64,000 nucleotides of DNA. It comes from Mizuhopecten yessoensis (Eukaryota). Positions 1 through 12,696 of the stretch are shown piece after piece; the stretch's first letter is position 1; every line of letters begins with the position of its first letter. The notes below the pieces were generated by a model, which was not told the origin of the DNA, did no database searches, and saw only the letters and a list, made by a program, of their open reading frames with translations. Made by a program: the position numbers and the translations under genes. The stretch is from positions 512,994 through 576,993 of the forward strand of contig NW_018407496.1 in assembly GCF_002113885.1 (NCBI RefSeq), read 5' to 3'.

Positions 1-190
1 GTTGGTTACCTTGAGAAACCTCAGGTATGGATGTCTGTTGGTTACCTTGAGAAACCTCAGGTATGGATGTCTGTTGGTTACCTTGAGAAACCTCAGGTAT
101 GGTTGTCTGTTGGTTACCTTGAGAAACCTCAGGTATGGATGTATGTTGGTTACCTTGAGAAACCTCAGGTATGGATGTATGTTGGTTTTC
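1..190. repeat. 36-bp minisatellite (~5 copies, truncated by the window start)
   Basis: Unit gttggttaccttgagaaacctcaggtatggatgtct recurs at 1, 37, 73, 109 and 145. It explains the 12-aa periodic ORFs. Confidence 0.95.
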
Positions 191-300
191 TTGGACCATG
201 TTTAAATGTTTGGGATCCCCTGAGTCCTTGAAATGAATGACTGGGGATCTTTGCAAAACCTGTTATGAATGGCTGTTGGCTCTCTGGGACCCTGATGCAT

Positions 301-655
301 GTTGGCTCTCTGGGACCCTGATATGTATGACCAGGGGATCACATCTCTGAGAGGCCTGGAATGGTTGTCTGTTGGCTCTCTGGGACCCTGATATGTATTA
401 CTGGGGGATCACATCTCTGAGAGACCTGGAATGGTTGTCTGTTGGCTCACCGGGACCCTGATATGTATAACTAGGGGATCACATCTCTCATAGACCTGGA
501 ATGGTTGTCTGTTGGCTCACCGGGACCCTGATATGTATAACTAGGGGATCACATCTCTCATAGACCTGGAATGGTTGTCTGTTGGCTCTCTGGGACCCTG
601 ATGTGTATCACTAGGGGATCACATCTCTGAGAGACCTGGTATGGATGTGTGTTAC
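301..655. repeat. 70-bp minisatellite (5 copies), related to the adjacent 36-bp array
   Basis: Unit starts gttggctc at 301, 371, 441, 511 and 581 and ends gagacctggaatggttgtct, resembling the end of the 36-mer. Confidence 0.93.
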
Positions 656-2301
656 TGACTTGGTTGTAGTTGTGATATCAAAGGACACTGTTTTACTACA
701 TAGCTACCAGGCTGTTGTGCTGTGTGATGTAGTATGGTATAGTCAATAGGATGCTGTTTACAAGCTGTAGACACTAGACTGCCTTATGAACTGTGCAGAG
801 CCCTTGAACTGTTTATATATTGCTATCCAATCCTGTTAAAACATCTTCATGCTGAGGGTCATACTATTTGGATTGTACGCTTGTGTTTATGTACACGTTG
901 ATGGTCTAAACTGGCTTTATACAATAAGCTAGAACAGGATGAAGAAAGACTGTACAATGAATGGGTTATATAAATTATGGTGTATATATATAGATAAACT
1001 AGGACTTGGGAGGTAGAAAGATCTACAGTGCTTATTGTACAGTAAAGTGTGTATTGTTTAGGCTTATATAGTTCTGTGGTATGACTGTCAAATTAATCTA
1101 GTACTTGCGAAGCAGAAAACCGTATAGGGTGTATTGTAACAATGAAGTTTTTATGGTATATATATATATAGTACGATGGTGACACTGATAATCTTGTCAG
1201 TTTTCTTTAGTGTATGATTACTTTATGGACAATTAGAGTCTGCCAGTACATCTATCTGTTAGTGGTTCAGTGTTAATACTACAGACATCAGGATGTAGAG
1301 TCTTCTGGTGTGGTGTGTTGGTGAATTCCTGTATTTACAAATTGAGGGTCCTTGGGCAGTGGGCAGTGGTCAGCTATACTCTGTATATTCAGGGGCTACA
1401 TCGTAATCTGTTCTCAATTATACATATTTTAATAAGGAGAGCCTGGTGGTGAATACTCTGTTAATTCAGACAGTTATCAGGACCTGTTTATCTGAGGTAG
1501 GTGTACAAAAGTGTACTGGAGATATAGCCTCCTCGTTTATTTTGGGAGTGATCCTTTTAATGTCACTGGTTTACCTTAATTATCTTTCTTTTGTGTTGAT
1601 GGTTGTTGAGGAGAAGCAAACAAAACAGTGTTTGTTAAAAAATTAGTCAATTTAGCTTTCCTCTCACTTAATTTAAGGTTATATTATGTACCTGGAGTTC
1701 ATCAAAAAACTGAAACTGTCCCTGTAGTCAAAAGTTATGAAATACACACTCTAATTCACTTATAGGGAATTATTCTCTGAATGAATTGAATTTGAGCAAA
1801 AAGTATGATAAAAAGAATTTTGCTGAAGTAAAAAGTCTAAATTGGGTAAAAAAAAAAAAGAGGAGAAAGTTAGTATTTTGGTGTGCTACATATGTTAGTC
1901 TACCTAGCTGTACAAATACAACATGTATATGCAAGGAAGTAACCCCAAACTTTATCAGTGTAATGAATTTATAATTAAGAAATAAACAAATAATGTTTTG
2001 AAAAAGACATTATCTGATTGCCTGTACATGTTTTATTTATTTATGTGTTTTATTATAGAACTTGTCCGATTCTGTGTTACTGTGTATTATAAGTCTTGGT
2101 ATACCTGGTACATGTAGTACATATATAATTGTCTAATCAGATGAGAGACAGGATTGTCCTTGTTTGTTTTTGTCATCTTAAGATTCACTGGAAGTTTTGT
2201 ATTATTGCCGGGGTTAGTGTTCTAGGGCTGTGGATAGCCACATGCACACTTACAATGTAGGATAGGTCCTATCTGGAGTTTCCGCAGGAAATGTAAGAGG
2301 G

Positions 2302-2393
2302 ATGATAAGTTTAGGTAAACAATGGCTGAGGTCATCTCTCTATAGGAACCCTTACCCTCATGTCACCCATACATTGATAGCCACACCAATAAG
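2302..2393 (+). CDS. Candidate first coding exon of the BCAR3/SH2D3C-like gene (MISLGKQWLRSSLYRNPYPHVTHTLIATPIR)
   Basis: ATG at 2302 with an open frame to the donor AAG|gtatgt at 2393. It ends in phase 2, matching the phase-2 acceptor at 2765. A possible acceptor ttccgcag lies at 2287. No homology support. Confidence 0.45.
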
Positions 2394-2764
2394 GTATGTG
2401 TTGTTATTTACTAAGGACTGGGAAGTGTTTTTGGCATTAGATATTAATGGCTACAGGTACACCTACTAAGCAGGCCCCAAGCAATGCTTGGCCTTGTGAC
2501 GTTTGTATCGATAGGTGATTTATAAGTCAGTTTTAACCAATTGATCTTCCTGATGGTAATTATGGTTTGTAATTATAAAGTTTGTCTTATTCTGTCTAAC
2601 TTTCCCTATACCATCATTCTCGGTCCATCAAACACTGACCATGTATGACTTACAGCCTAAATCACTGATTTAATTTCTTGACCAAAGGTTTGCAGTTTAG
2701 TTGTACAAATATATTATGATTTTTATGACAAGTTTTTATTAAATTTTTTCTTTGTGTTTCACAG

Positions 2765-4453
2765 GTTACAAACGGTACCGACCTCACAGCAAGCACCCAG
2801 TTACCCCGACTACCAAGTTGTGAACGTCTCTGCAGAACGGCTAGAGCGTGATCTTACAGCAGAGCTAAGATCTGATCCGTCCGAGCTTCAACATTGGCCC
2901 TGGTATCATGGGAATATTTCTCGGCAACATGCAGAGAAGATAGTGACTCGTGACGGAGATTTCATTGTGAGAGACTGTATATCCCAGCCTGGAGATTTTG
3001 TACTGACTACTGGTTGTCGTGGAGTACCAATACACTTTGTAATAAATTCTCAAATAACGGAAAGACCTAATTCTAGAACACCAGAAATATCGTACTTTTT
3101 TGAGGATGAGAAGTTTGCTTCAGTTCAGGATTTGATTGACTTTTACATGTCCCACAGGAAAGGGGTCACAAAAGTATCCGGAGCTGTGATAAAAAATCCC
3201 ATTGGTCGAACAATGCCGCTGAGCTACTACGACTCCAAATATGGTAATAAGGCAAGTCTGATTGGTGCGGCAGACTATGCTTATACTCCCACACAGAGCC
3301 CCCATAATAGTCCGTACAATAGCCCCAAAGTCAGTCCTCGGGGTAGTCCAAAGTCGCGACACAAACGGCCACTGCGCACAGGAAGTCAGCCATTGTTGGA
3401 CATAGTGGACACGGTGGAACAGGAGAATACAGTAATGTCAAACATAGATCGGTGTGACAGTCTACCCAGCATTCCAAACAAACTTGGGAGCACTTCATTG
3501 ACAATGAAGAACTCTGTTTCAGCATCAAGTTTACCTCCATATCATGCAAGGTGTGGGAGTGAACCGGTACTGATGGACCCAGGTCTTTTCATTGTAAGTA
3601 ATCGGCAGGGACAGTACCTTCAAGTTTCACCTCCAATGCAAAAACTCACCCCTGCCATTTCTGACAGCAACCTCACCAAGCCTGCTCCTCCCAAACCTAG
3701 TCGTATACCTTCCATTAAATATAAAAAACGGCCCGTAATCCAAGTACGAAATCCCAACATGTACGAAGATGATGGGCGGGACTATTCAGATTATAGTCAG
3801 GTGAAGGAAGGACCTAGTTGGCTAGAACACAACAACTTGTCCAATCAAACAAGAGGATTTCCTGTGGACCAAAATGCCAATTTAGCTGGAGATTCCCATA
3901 TGAGTGATTATGACAATAATTATAACTCCAAGAAAATTCCATACAATATGAATCAAAATCAGGAAACCGTGCCAAACGGAAACTTGAATAACACTGACAG
4001 CCAAAGGTCAAGGTTAACTTCTGATACAAAATTTTCATATTTAGACAATCGCGACTATGCCACGGTTCCAGATACTCCAACCAATAAAACTCCGACCAAT
4101 AAGACAAGTGGTAACAATTTTGAAGATATCTCTAGTTCTGACATGCTCAATAGGTCTAAAGGTAGAACAATCTCTATACCCACTGATAATGTTGGATCAA
4201 CGTTAAACATCCCGAAGTATTCCAGTGATATTTTGCCAGAAGAAAATAAACCTTTGGAAACATCAACATTAGTGACTGTGAAAAGCTTGCTACTTTCAAC
4301 AGATGCGAGAATATTAGCATTACACATGACAAAGATTGACCTTGAGAGCCTTAAGGTTATTACTGACTGTGATCTAGGGGTAGGAGTGGAATCGGGACTG
4401 GAGCTGATCACACTTCCTCAAGGGAAACAACTGCGACAGGACACAATTGAAAG
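2765..4453 (+). CDS. BCAR3: BCAR3/SH2D3C (NSP family) exon: SH2 domain, Ser/Pro-rich linker and start of the RasGEF-like domain
   Basis: Acceptor tttcacag| and donor AG|gtaagc. SH2 motif WYHGNISRQHAEKIVTRDGDFIVRDCISQPGDFVLT. NSP-type segment LGVGVESGLELITLPQGKQLRQDTIER. Confidence 0.9.
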
Positions 4454-4526
4454 GTAAGCAAGCTTGTTATAAATGGTTTACTTTTTTTGCTAAAGACATG
4501 GAACATAAACTGAAATGGTCCCTTCA

Positions 4527-5465
4527 AGTGTAATCAACATCAGTTGTAATCGTAACATCAAGTGTAATCCAAACATCAAATGTAATCTTTTCATCAGGTG
4601 TAATCGTAACATCAGGTGTAATATTTACATCAGGTGTAATCTTTACATCAGATGTAATCGTAACATCAAGTGTAATCCAAACATCAAATGTAATCTTTAC
4701 GTCAGGTGTCATCGTAACATCAGATGTAATTGTAACATCAAGCGTAATCCTAACATCAGGTGTAATCTTTACATCAGATGTAATCGTAACATCAGGTGTA
4801 ATCTTTACATCAGATGTAATCATTACATCAGGTGTAACTTTACATCAGGTGTAATCTTTACATCAGGTGTAATCGTAACATCAGATGTAATCGTAACATC
4901 AAATGTAATCTTTACGTCAGGTGTCATCGTAACATCAGGTGTAATCTTTACATCAGATGTAATCGTAACATCAGATGTAATCGTAACATCAAATGTAATC
5001 TTTACATCAGGTGTCATCGTAACATCAGGTGTAATCTTTACATCAGATGTAATTGTAACATCAAATGTAATCTTTACATCAAGTGTAATCTTTTCATCAC
5101 GTAATCGTTACATCAGGTATAATCTTAACATCAGGTGTAATCTTTACATCAGGTGTAATCTTTACATCAGGTGTAATCTTTACATCAAGTAATCGTAACA
5201 TCAGGTGCAATCATTACATCAGGTGTAATTTTTACATCAGATGTAATCGTAACATCAGTTGTAATCTTTTCATCAGATGTATATAATCGTACCATCAGGT
5301 GTAATCGAAACATCATATGTAATCGTAACATCAAATGTAATCCTTACATCAAGTGTAATCTTTACATCAAGTAATCGTAACATCAGGTGTAATCTTTACA
5401 TCAGGTGTAATCGTAACATCAGATGTAATCGTAAAATCAGGTGTAACCTTTACATCAAGTGTAAT
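4527..5465. repeat. 18-bp intronic minisatellite (~50 units) made of two interleaved variants
   Basis: Units tgtaatctttacatcagg and tgtaatcgtaacatcaga. It produces the spurious CNRNIR and TSDVKI ORFs. Confidence 0.95.
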
Positions 5466-5578
5466 GGGGTTGGTATTTCTACTGAACTACAATAGATATG
5501 GGATTGTTTTTTAATATCAACATGGGCATATTTCCAGATAAATCAGTTGCATAAAATAAAAGTTAGATATCAAGTGTA

Positions 5579-5877
5579 ATGGTAACATCAAATATAATCA
5601 TGTCATTCAAAGTTGCTATGATGTAAAGTGTAATAACTTAGTACCACTCCACTAGTACAAGGCTGGTGGTTAAAGCCTAATTGGAATTTCAAAATAGGGT
5701 TATAAATTTCTATAGTTTGAAAATGTGNTGGTAACATCAAATATAATCATGTCATTCAAAGTTGCTATGATGTAAAGTGTAATAACATAGTACCACTCCA
5801 CTAGTACAAGGCTGGTTGTTATAGTCTAATTGGAATTTCAAAATAGGGTTATAAATTTTGTATAGTTTGAAAATGTA
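5579..5877. other. ~150-bp direct duplication across a single-N join (probable assembly or haplotype overlap)
   Basis: 5579-5727 is nearly identical to 5729-5877, with an N at 5728. Confidence 0.75.
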
Positions 5878-6047
5878 TTAGACTTGTATTAACATATCAT
5901 TCAATTAAATAAGCATGAACAACTAGACTATTGTGTTGTATTGTTTAGTGGATGTAAGTTTAATGTCAATCACTATGCCAAGTTCTCATGCTCTGGAAAA
6001 AAGAAAAGAAAAATGAGGTTGAAACACATTTAAAAGGACTGCAATGG

Positions 6048-6240
6048 TGCATTGGTAGTCGAGTGTTTAAGGCATCTGGCCATCTACGGTCACTAGTCTC
6101 CACCGTTCGAGGCCTACGCGGGGCAGTGGCCAGGCACTGGCGGCATATCAGTGGTTTTCTCTTGGAACTTTGAAGTTTTCTTTCACCTCAAAAACCTGAC
6201 TTGTCCTTAAATGACAATAGCTGTTAGTAGTAAATTAATT
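6048..6240 (+). mobile_element. Degenerate tRNA-derived SINE
   Basis: A-box-like tggtagtcgagtg and B-box-like gttcgaggcc, followed by a gtggttttctc...ttcacctcaaaaacctgac...ccttaaatgac core resembling mollusc SINEs. Confidence 0.6.
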
Positions 6241-6357
6241 TAGCAAAATCAAAAGAACTTTAAAACTGATAAATGTAAAATAGTTCCAGCTGTAAAAGCC
6301 CTACTTAGCTTGAAAGTTTGAGCCAAATATTAATCTTTATTGTGACAATGATTTCAG

Positions 6358-6526
6358 GTGTTACTGTTTGAAATTGTTCACGAGGACGACAATTTTGACG
6401 TGTCAGAAAGTTACGGACCGTGCCAAGATGCTCAGTCAGTGGATAGAGATTGCTCTCCAGCTGAGGGTCACTCTAGGAAACTTGTTTGCTTTCTCTGCTG
6501 TGATGGAAGGACTGGCCAGTACCCAG
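6358..6526 (+). CDS. BCAR3: BCAR3/SH2D3C-like exon, RasGEF-like (CDC25-homology) domain
   Basis: atttcag| ... CAG|gtcagt. A phase-2 entry gives RCYCLKLFTRTTILTCQKVTDRAKMLSQWIEIALQLRVTLGNLFAFSAVMEGLASTQ, which fits the NSP GEF-like helices. This is a different frame from the ORF track. Confidence 0.88.
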
Positions 6527-6955
6527 GTCAGTACTTAGCATTAAAGTAATGTTGTAACCAAGGAAAGTATTGAAAATTTATTTTGTTAGTGGTACCATTT
6601 ATATTGATTTTAAAATCTGTCATCAACGATTTCATTTCCTTATGAACCAGACTGGTAATTTCTGATATTTTCCACCAAGTGCTTTTGAGACATTTCTGTG
6701 CTAATGATCCAACAGATCATGAATTGTTTAAGTGATAAAATGATATATTCCTATCAGTTTTGAGACATGCACTATTCAAGTTATATTGAACCACTTACTG
6801 TTTTGAGATCCATACTTACGTTATCATTTCCTAGAATGCTTGTTAATAGATATAAGTTATCAAAAAGATCAAGTATATCATCATGTAAGTGTTGCTTGAT
6901 TGCTGTGTACACGTTTGACCCCTGTATGAGACTGATGGTAACCTCCTTGTCACAG

Positions 6956-7459
6956 ATCCAGAGGCTGAGGGATACATGGATGGTGTTGAGACAGAATCAT
7001 ACGTCCAGTGCCTTCATCTTCGACACTAAACACAAGGCAGCTCTCAAGTCGCTCAACGACGGCAGTGGCCTACTCCCCCTCCAGAATGTCACCATACCGG
7101 ATATCAGTTCTCTTGTGGTGCTGCTAGAACGGGACGATGAATCTCTGCTAGATTATCTCCCTTGGGAGAATGCAGATCCAAACTCAGGTTTGGATATTTT
7201 GTTGACACATCTTGACACAGCGCGTCTGATCACGGCCCAAGCTGGACTGTACAGTGTCACAGGGCAGGCATTGCTCAACACATTTACCCCAGATACTGAA
7301 CTACTGGATGTGTTTCGCACAGAGTTCCAAATGAAACTACTATGGGGCTCCAAAGGGGCAAGTGTGGAACGGACATTAAGGCTCAATAAATTTGAACAAT
7401 TGTTGGCGGTCTTGTCTAATCGAGCAGAGCCCCCTGGTGATGACGGCACGGAGGTGTGA
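6956..7459 (+). CDS. BCAR3: BCAR3/SH2D3C-like last coding exon (C-terminal Cas-binding GEF-like region)
   Basis: Acceptor cttgtcacag|. IQRLRDTWMVLRQNHT...FRTEFQMKLLWGSKGA...LSNRAEP then TGA. The LWGSKGA motif is typical of NSP proteins. The four-exon model gives 817 aa. Confidence 0.9.
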   Translation: MQRLRDTWMVLRQNHTSSAFIFDTKHKAALKSLNDGSGLLPLQNVTIPDISSLVVLLERDDESLLDYLPWENADPNSGLDILLTHLDTARLITAQAGLYSVTGQALLNTFTPDTELLDVFRTEFQMKLLWGSKGASVERTLRLNKFEQLLAVLSNRAEPPGDDGTEV

Positions 7460-10246
7460 TAGAAATGTGTGCTAGTGATTGAAAGATGTGTGTTGTGTGG
7501 ATTGATTTTCATGGGTGAATGTCTGGGAAAAACTTTCCTGAATTCAAATTTTACCAAGGAAAAATAGCTTGGATGGTAGGAGTCTGTTTTGAGGGTCCCT
7601 AGTAACAGGGATCGGTCTAATGTGTGATTTTAAGTGAGTGGTGAGTGTATTATCAGTATTTTTATGAAGTCTTCCGGAGTCTGTTTATTCCTAAAACTGG
7701 TGCTGGGTCACCATTGGTGNTAAGGACATTCTTAAAATGTATGTAATTCATATTTTTATCAAAATACATTGTACTAAAACATTAAAAGAAAACTATTTTT
7801 AGATTTTGATATCTGAAACAGATTTCTATTAAACCAGAACTGCGTACTATTTTCACAGTCAAGTTTTTTGGACTCTTTGATTTTGCACAATGTTTAAAAA
7901 ATCTGAACTTCTATTTGAATTTTTTAAAACTTATTTGGAAAAAATAAAAAAGCTTTTTCAGTGGGCATTTTATATTATGTATTCTTAATCAAAATGAATG
8001 AAATCACAGCTGCTTTGGAAAAAACAGAACAAGTTTAAATTACAAACTGATTTTAATATTTTTGATGTTTTAGTGTAACAACTGAAATATCTAGATTAAG
8101 ATTGTTTTTGAATTTTCAGTTGTTTTCTTCAGTTATTTGCAAATTGGTGCAGGTCCAGTTGTATGCAAATTAGTGCAGGTCACTTGTCTTACATTAAAGA
8201 GGAAAGTTACAAACAGAAAACTGCATGGTTGTCATTCACTGTATGATTTTTACCAGAATACATGTTGTAAATTTGTAATTGTAAACTACACAACCGTAAG
8301 CTGATATAATCAACACAAGTACAATACAATAAACTCTACTGCATACAGGTGTCCTATATATGTCCCTGTAATAGGCCCTCTAAAAGGATGACTTACAATT
8401 TAGGTTTAACATGAGTTCATGTTTGTACATTTTATTTATATAATATTAGAGTACGTTTCATAAAGATTTTATTGCTAAATGAAACAGGTTTTATTGTAAT
8501 TATTAACTGATGTTACATTTAATAGCTTGGCATCTCTGAAGACTGTGAAAGTAGGAGTAAATCTTCTAGATTAAGTTACAAAATAAAATGAGAAGAATAT
8601 TTTAATGCAATGTGAATGAAGTTATTGAATAAATATGGTATATTTTATTGTATTTCAGAAAGATTTTTTTAAGAATGTAAGTATTGAGCACATGTAACAG
8701 TAACATTGTTTACGTGTAGTGTTAAAACAAACCTATAAATCTTCTGAATCTCATTGTAAAAAGCAACAGTCAATATATGTATTTAAATCATTGGATAAAA
8801 TATTTTAGAGAAGACAAGAATTACGGATTAACACTGCTGGAGCACTACAGTTACCTCCCTTTGTATTATGTGTTATCTTCTTTGATATATATAGGTATAT
8901 ATGACAGACCAGTTTTATATATCTACACATAAGTGTTTTACACTGGTATCATACAAGGTCGATTTTTATTGAGTTTCTATCATCTAAATAAAGAAATACC
9001 AATTTTGCTTACAACTTAAACAGACAGCCAATATGGTTAGTCAGCCACAGGGTATTTTTTAGAAGAAATTTTATTTACAACTTGGATTTGCAAAGAGTGA
9101 ATAAACAATGATTTTTTAATCACAAAAAGTTTGTAAACAGGTACTTCTTCAAAATGGGATAGATGATTTTCCAGTGGAAACCTGAAGAATGAAGTAATTC
9201 ATTAAATGTTTTGATGTGGTACAAGCAAGGTCCATTCTTTTGATTAATCAACAGATGGATAGTATTCCTAGAATGTTGATAGATCATGTAAGTAATTGTT
9301 TGTAACAAGACATTAAATACATCTCAGAAAATAAATATTCAACTACAGTGCCAATGTTAATGAATGAAAAGATATCTGAATATTCATGTTATTATTCATG
9401 AATATTCATGATATATCTGAATATTCATGTTATTATTCCTGACCATTCATGAATTATTCATAGACAGAAACAGTGGTAGCAGGTCTACCCTCATGATTTC
9501 TGATACAATTTGTACACAGAATTATTGAGGTCAGTTTCAAGTCCCAATCCTAAGATAGTTGTACATTTTTGTAATACACTTTTAAGATAAATGGGACACG
9601 TATATATTAATTTTAAGAGATACAAATTTAACCTTCTTTTCATTAATATTGTTCATATCTGTATAGACGGTGAGACTTAAGCGTAGATTATTATCATCTG
9701 GAATATATAAGGTACCAAAAGTGAATAAACAGTTATACTTAAAATTACACTGTATATCACATTTTATATGCATTTAAAAAATATAATAAATAAAAATGAT
9801 ATTAAATTTACATTGGTCTTGAGTTGTTGATTTTATAATCAGTTTTCAAGGATACAATTTTCAGTATCTACCATGTTGAATTGTTACACAATTGGCTGAA
9901 AAGACGTTGCTTCTGATTTGTTCACTGTTTGTGTTGTTGGGTGTCTGACATATCTTTTGCTTGCCAGGAGACATTCATTATTACAGGTATTGTTTGAGCT
10001 TCACCAACCTAGCCGTTGACGAACCCTAGTATGAAACTCAGGTGAAATATCGCTAAGTAATGCTATACAATCTTACATCACACAATTTCAGCTTTCTTAT
10101 ATAACCCGATAAAAGTTAAATAACAGTATGTTAACACTATACGATGACATGTTAGAGATTGAACGAAAAGGCAGAAACTTCCAATTTAATAAAAAATAGG
10201 CTTGTATTGGAGTGTATCGTAGAGGAGCAGAATTATAAGTCTAGTT

Positions 10247-10700
10247 TTAATTAGATTGCAGAAACAACGCGGAACCCGAACTAACGAACGTAAGCATCAC
10301 TGGTGTAATCTCAGAAGAGGGCGAAATTACCCGTTCGCATGGTGTCGCCACAGCAAGTTGGTCTGGAACAGTAACAACGAATATATCTACAGGTGCTGCC
10401 ACAACATTTGAAGTATCATCAGACACGTTTAGATATTGTCTTTTGTGAGAGAGGGAGCTATGGTATCTGGTAAAGCTGCGCGATTCATCCCACATGATTT
10501 GAACCCTAGTTTGGTATTGTGTGCTGTGATGGAAGAATCTTATGCAAGTCTTGGTCATGTCCACTGTAATACAAACTTCCCCGGAGGCAACGGAGTCGAT
10601 TACCTCATTGGAAATGCTCTGATCCCGAATAAGCAATTGTGGACGTTCCGACCCGATTTCCTCAAGGAGTATGTCTCGAGCCAAAGAAATGCCCCAATAT
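10247..10700 (-). pseudogene. Possible relic of an NHL/beta-propeller coding segment
   Basis: GC-richer island with a 145-aa minus-strand ORF. APVDIFVVTVPDQLAVATPCERVI and VCITVDMTKTCIRFF resemble propeller blades of bivalve TRIM-like proteins. The duplicate at 17495-17900 is frameshifted. Confidence 0.3.
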
Positions 10701-11429
10701 ATACAGGATTAGCGGGACTCTGATCTCGATTCAAGCCGCACAGTGTGTTCGGTTTTCAAATTATGGAGACAAGGCTCTGCCTAATGCGTTAATGGAACAG
10801 TCGCGCACCCCCCGAGTTGCCAAGAATACCGAAACCTTTCTCGCTATAACCAAATCTTGTTTATGTTATTCCATTTTTTAAAGAAACCACAAAAATTAAA
10901 CTCGTGAACAATTTTATGTCCCACCTGATCTGCCCAAGTTTTCCTCTTGCAAATGGAGTCTTCAGCTTCATATTCGTAGCCAGGCGAGAAGCTTTCCCAA
11001 GCAACTGTTACACGGAAATCCTAAATCTTCCACTACTTAATATATCGCTCTCGAAAATAGTTTTCCTGCTAGAATGTGCTCAAATCAACATTCTTGTAAC
11101 TCGCTTAAATCATATCAAACGATCAAAACATAAAATTAAAACATTGAAAACAGTATTCGACTTTAAGTCTCTTCAAAGATTTTCCAAATCATTGACAAAA
11201 TAAAGTTTTATAATCGAGTTATTACCGGAAAAAGAAATCAGGCTTGAGCACATACTCCATGCTTGAGCATGAGAACGGTTTCATGAATACGGGCTCTGGT
11301 CTCATACTTGACCACTTTAACTTTGATTTCTATCCTTCCAGTATTTTTTTCGAAATATTTCCTTCCGGTTGGTAAATACAAATTGTACAAAGCTTCATAT
11401 AGCACAATCAGGGAGTTATATTTATATAT

Positions 11430-11660
11430 GACGTTTTGATGATAGTAACATCACTGAATCTCCAACTGACGGTGTCTATATGTCACAGTTGATCTGCTAT
11501 TCAAGAAGTTATCATAATGCCCGTGATATATGTCGAATGATGAGGAGCAAACTTACAACACAGGGTTTCCAAATATGCAGATTTTTATGAAGATTGTGGA
11601 AAACTTTTCTAGTAGCCATCATCCTCCCATAGGGAAACGTGCTATTTCTTTATGTGATAT
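11430..11660 (+). mobile_element. Penelope-like retroelement RT C-terminal fragment (degenerate)
   Basis: Translates as DSNITESPTDGVYMSQLICYSR...KLTTQGF, matching the SNIP.SP.YGVY.SQL.RY.R motif. A duplicate lies at ~19400-19640. Confidence 0.65.
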
Positions 11661-11799
11661 GAAGGTCAATGTTTATTTTTAATTATGCTTATTAGTGTGC
11701 CTCGTTGTTCCGTTGTCAGTACCTCGTGTTACACAAGAAATGACCAGCAAAATAACTGAGTTCAGTATAAATGCTGATTATTAAGGGATAACATATATA

Positions 11800-11965
11800 A
11801 CATAGGAGAACTCTTGAATATTCTGACAAAATATTTGAATGATTTATAAAGAGGACATGCAAGACCTCATTTAGAATATGTCAACCATGTGTGGAGTCCG
11901 CTCTTCTTTAATGAAACATAGAGAATTAATTCAACATGCCTACAGAAAAGCCACTAAATTAAGGG
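11800..11965 (+). mobile_element. CR1-type LINE RT fragment (degenerate)
   Basis: RPHLEYVNHVWSP...KHRELIQHAYRKATKL, compared with the CR1 consensus RPHLEY...VWSP....IE.VQRRATKL. Confidence 0.65.
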
Positions 11966-12696
11966 TATGTGATTCAATTCCCTCCTAGAACGACTCTTAA
12001 TCTCCCTGCCTCCTGATTGGCTTATAGACGCGTTAGAGAAGGTAAAATCGAGCTATCTAATTTAACCTGGCATTAATATGACTCTAATATGTCAAATCTC
12101 ATATCAAACAGCAATATAATACTGCTACACATGGGAATGGGGTACACAAACAAACTATCTAAGATAGAACGTGTTAACGATAAATGTCATTCCGTCATAT
12201 CTAGAACAGTCTACCCTCTGAAATGACGTCTAAATAACTTCTGGTGAATTATTGAATAAACAAAATGAAACGCTATAATCATACGGGACCAATCCCCCGT
12301 TGGTAATATTGGATTAATTAACCACATCATCAGACGAACTCTTTTAACATGAGTAATGACTTCACTTAACAATATGTACGATTACTGGGCACATATGCAA
12401 TGTCAAACAAACATCACTACTTCGGTAATAAATAATCACTATGAATACGAAGAGCTTTATTTCAGTAAGTCGATCGAGAAAGCCAAAGAGAACTGCACCA
12501 TTTTTCCATTAGGACTCATCAGTTGGAAAAAATAAAAATCAGGAAAAACAAAATACTTTATGTAGAAATGTAGTAAATGGGGAAGTGTTCATAAAACCGT
12601 TTGCAATGGCTTTTACTATTTTATAACTTATGACCGCAACAAATATTTTATTCTTAAACTACGTATTTCATGTACACCCTGCTGGAATCAGTTTCA

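Noticed and set aside
4515-5495. Cys-rich ORFs of 225 aa and shorter (CNRNIR/TSDVKI repeats)
   Set aside because: They are translations of the 18-bp intronic minisatellite.
5579-5877. Local direct duplications here and at 52599-53098
   Set aside because: Each is centred on a single N and near-identical, so it is most likely a contig-overlap artefact rather than biology.
6048-6125. Possible tRNA gene (A/B-box-like motifs; a similar one at ~28780-28850 on the minus strand)
   Set aside because: No cloverleaf can be formed, and the context fits a decayed SINE head.
6358-6549. 63-aa ORF MLLFEIVHEDD...
   Set aside because: It is the wrong frame; the real exon is read in the frame giving the RasGEF-like sequence.
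6767-6955. N-terminal 63 aa of the 230-aa ORF
   Set aside because: It is intronic read-through; homology starts at the acceptor at 6956.
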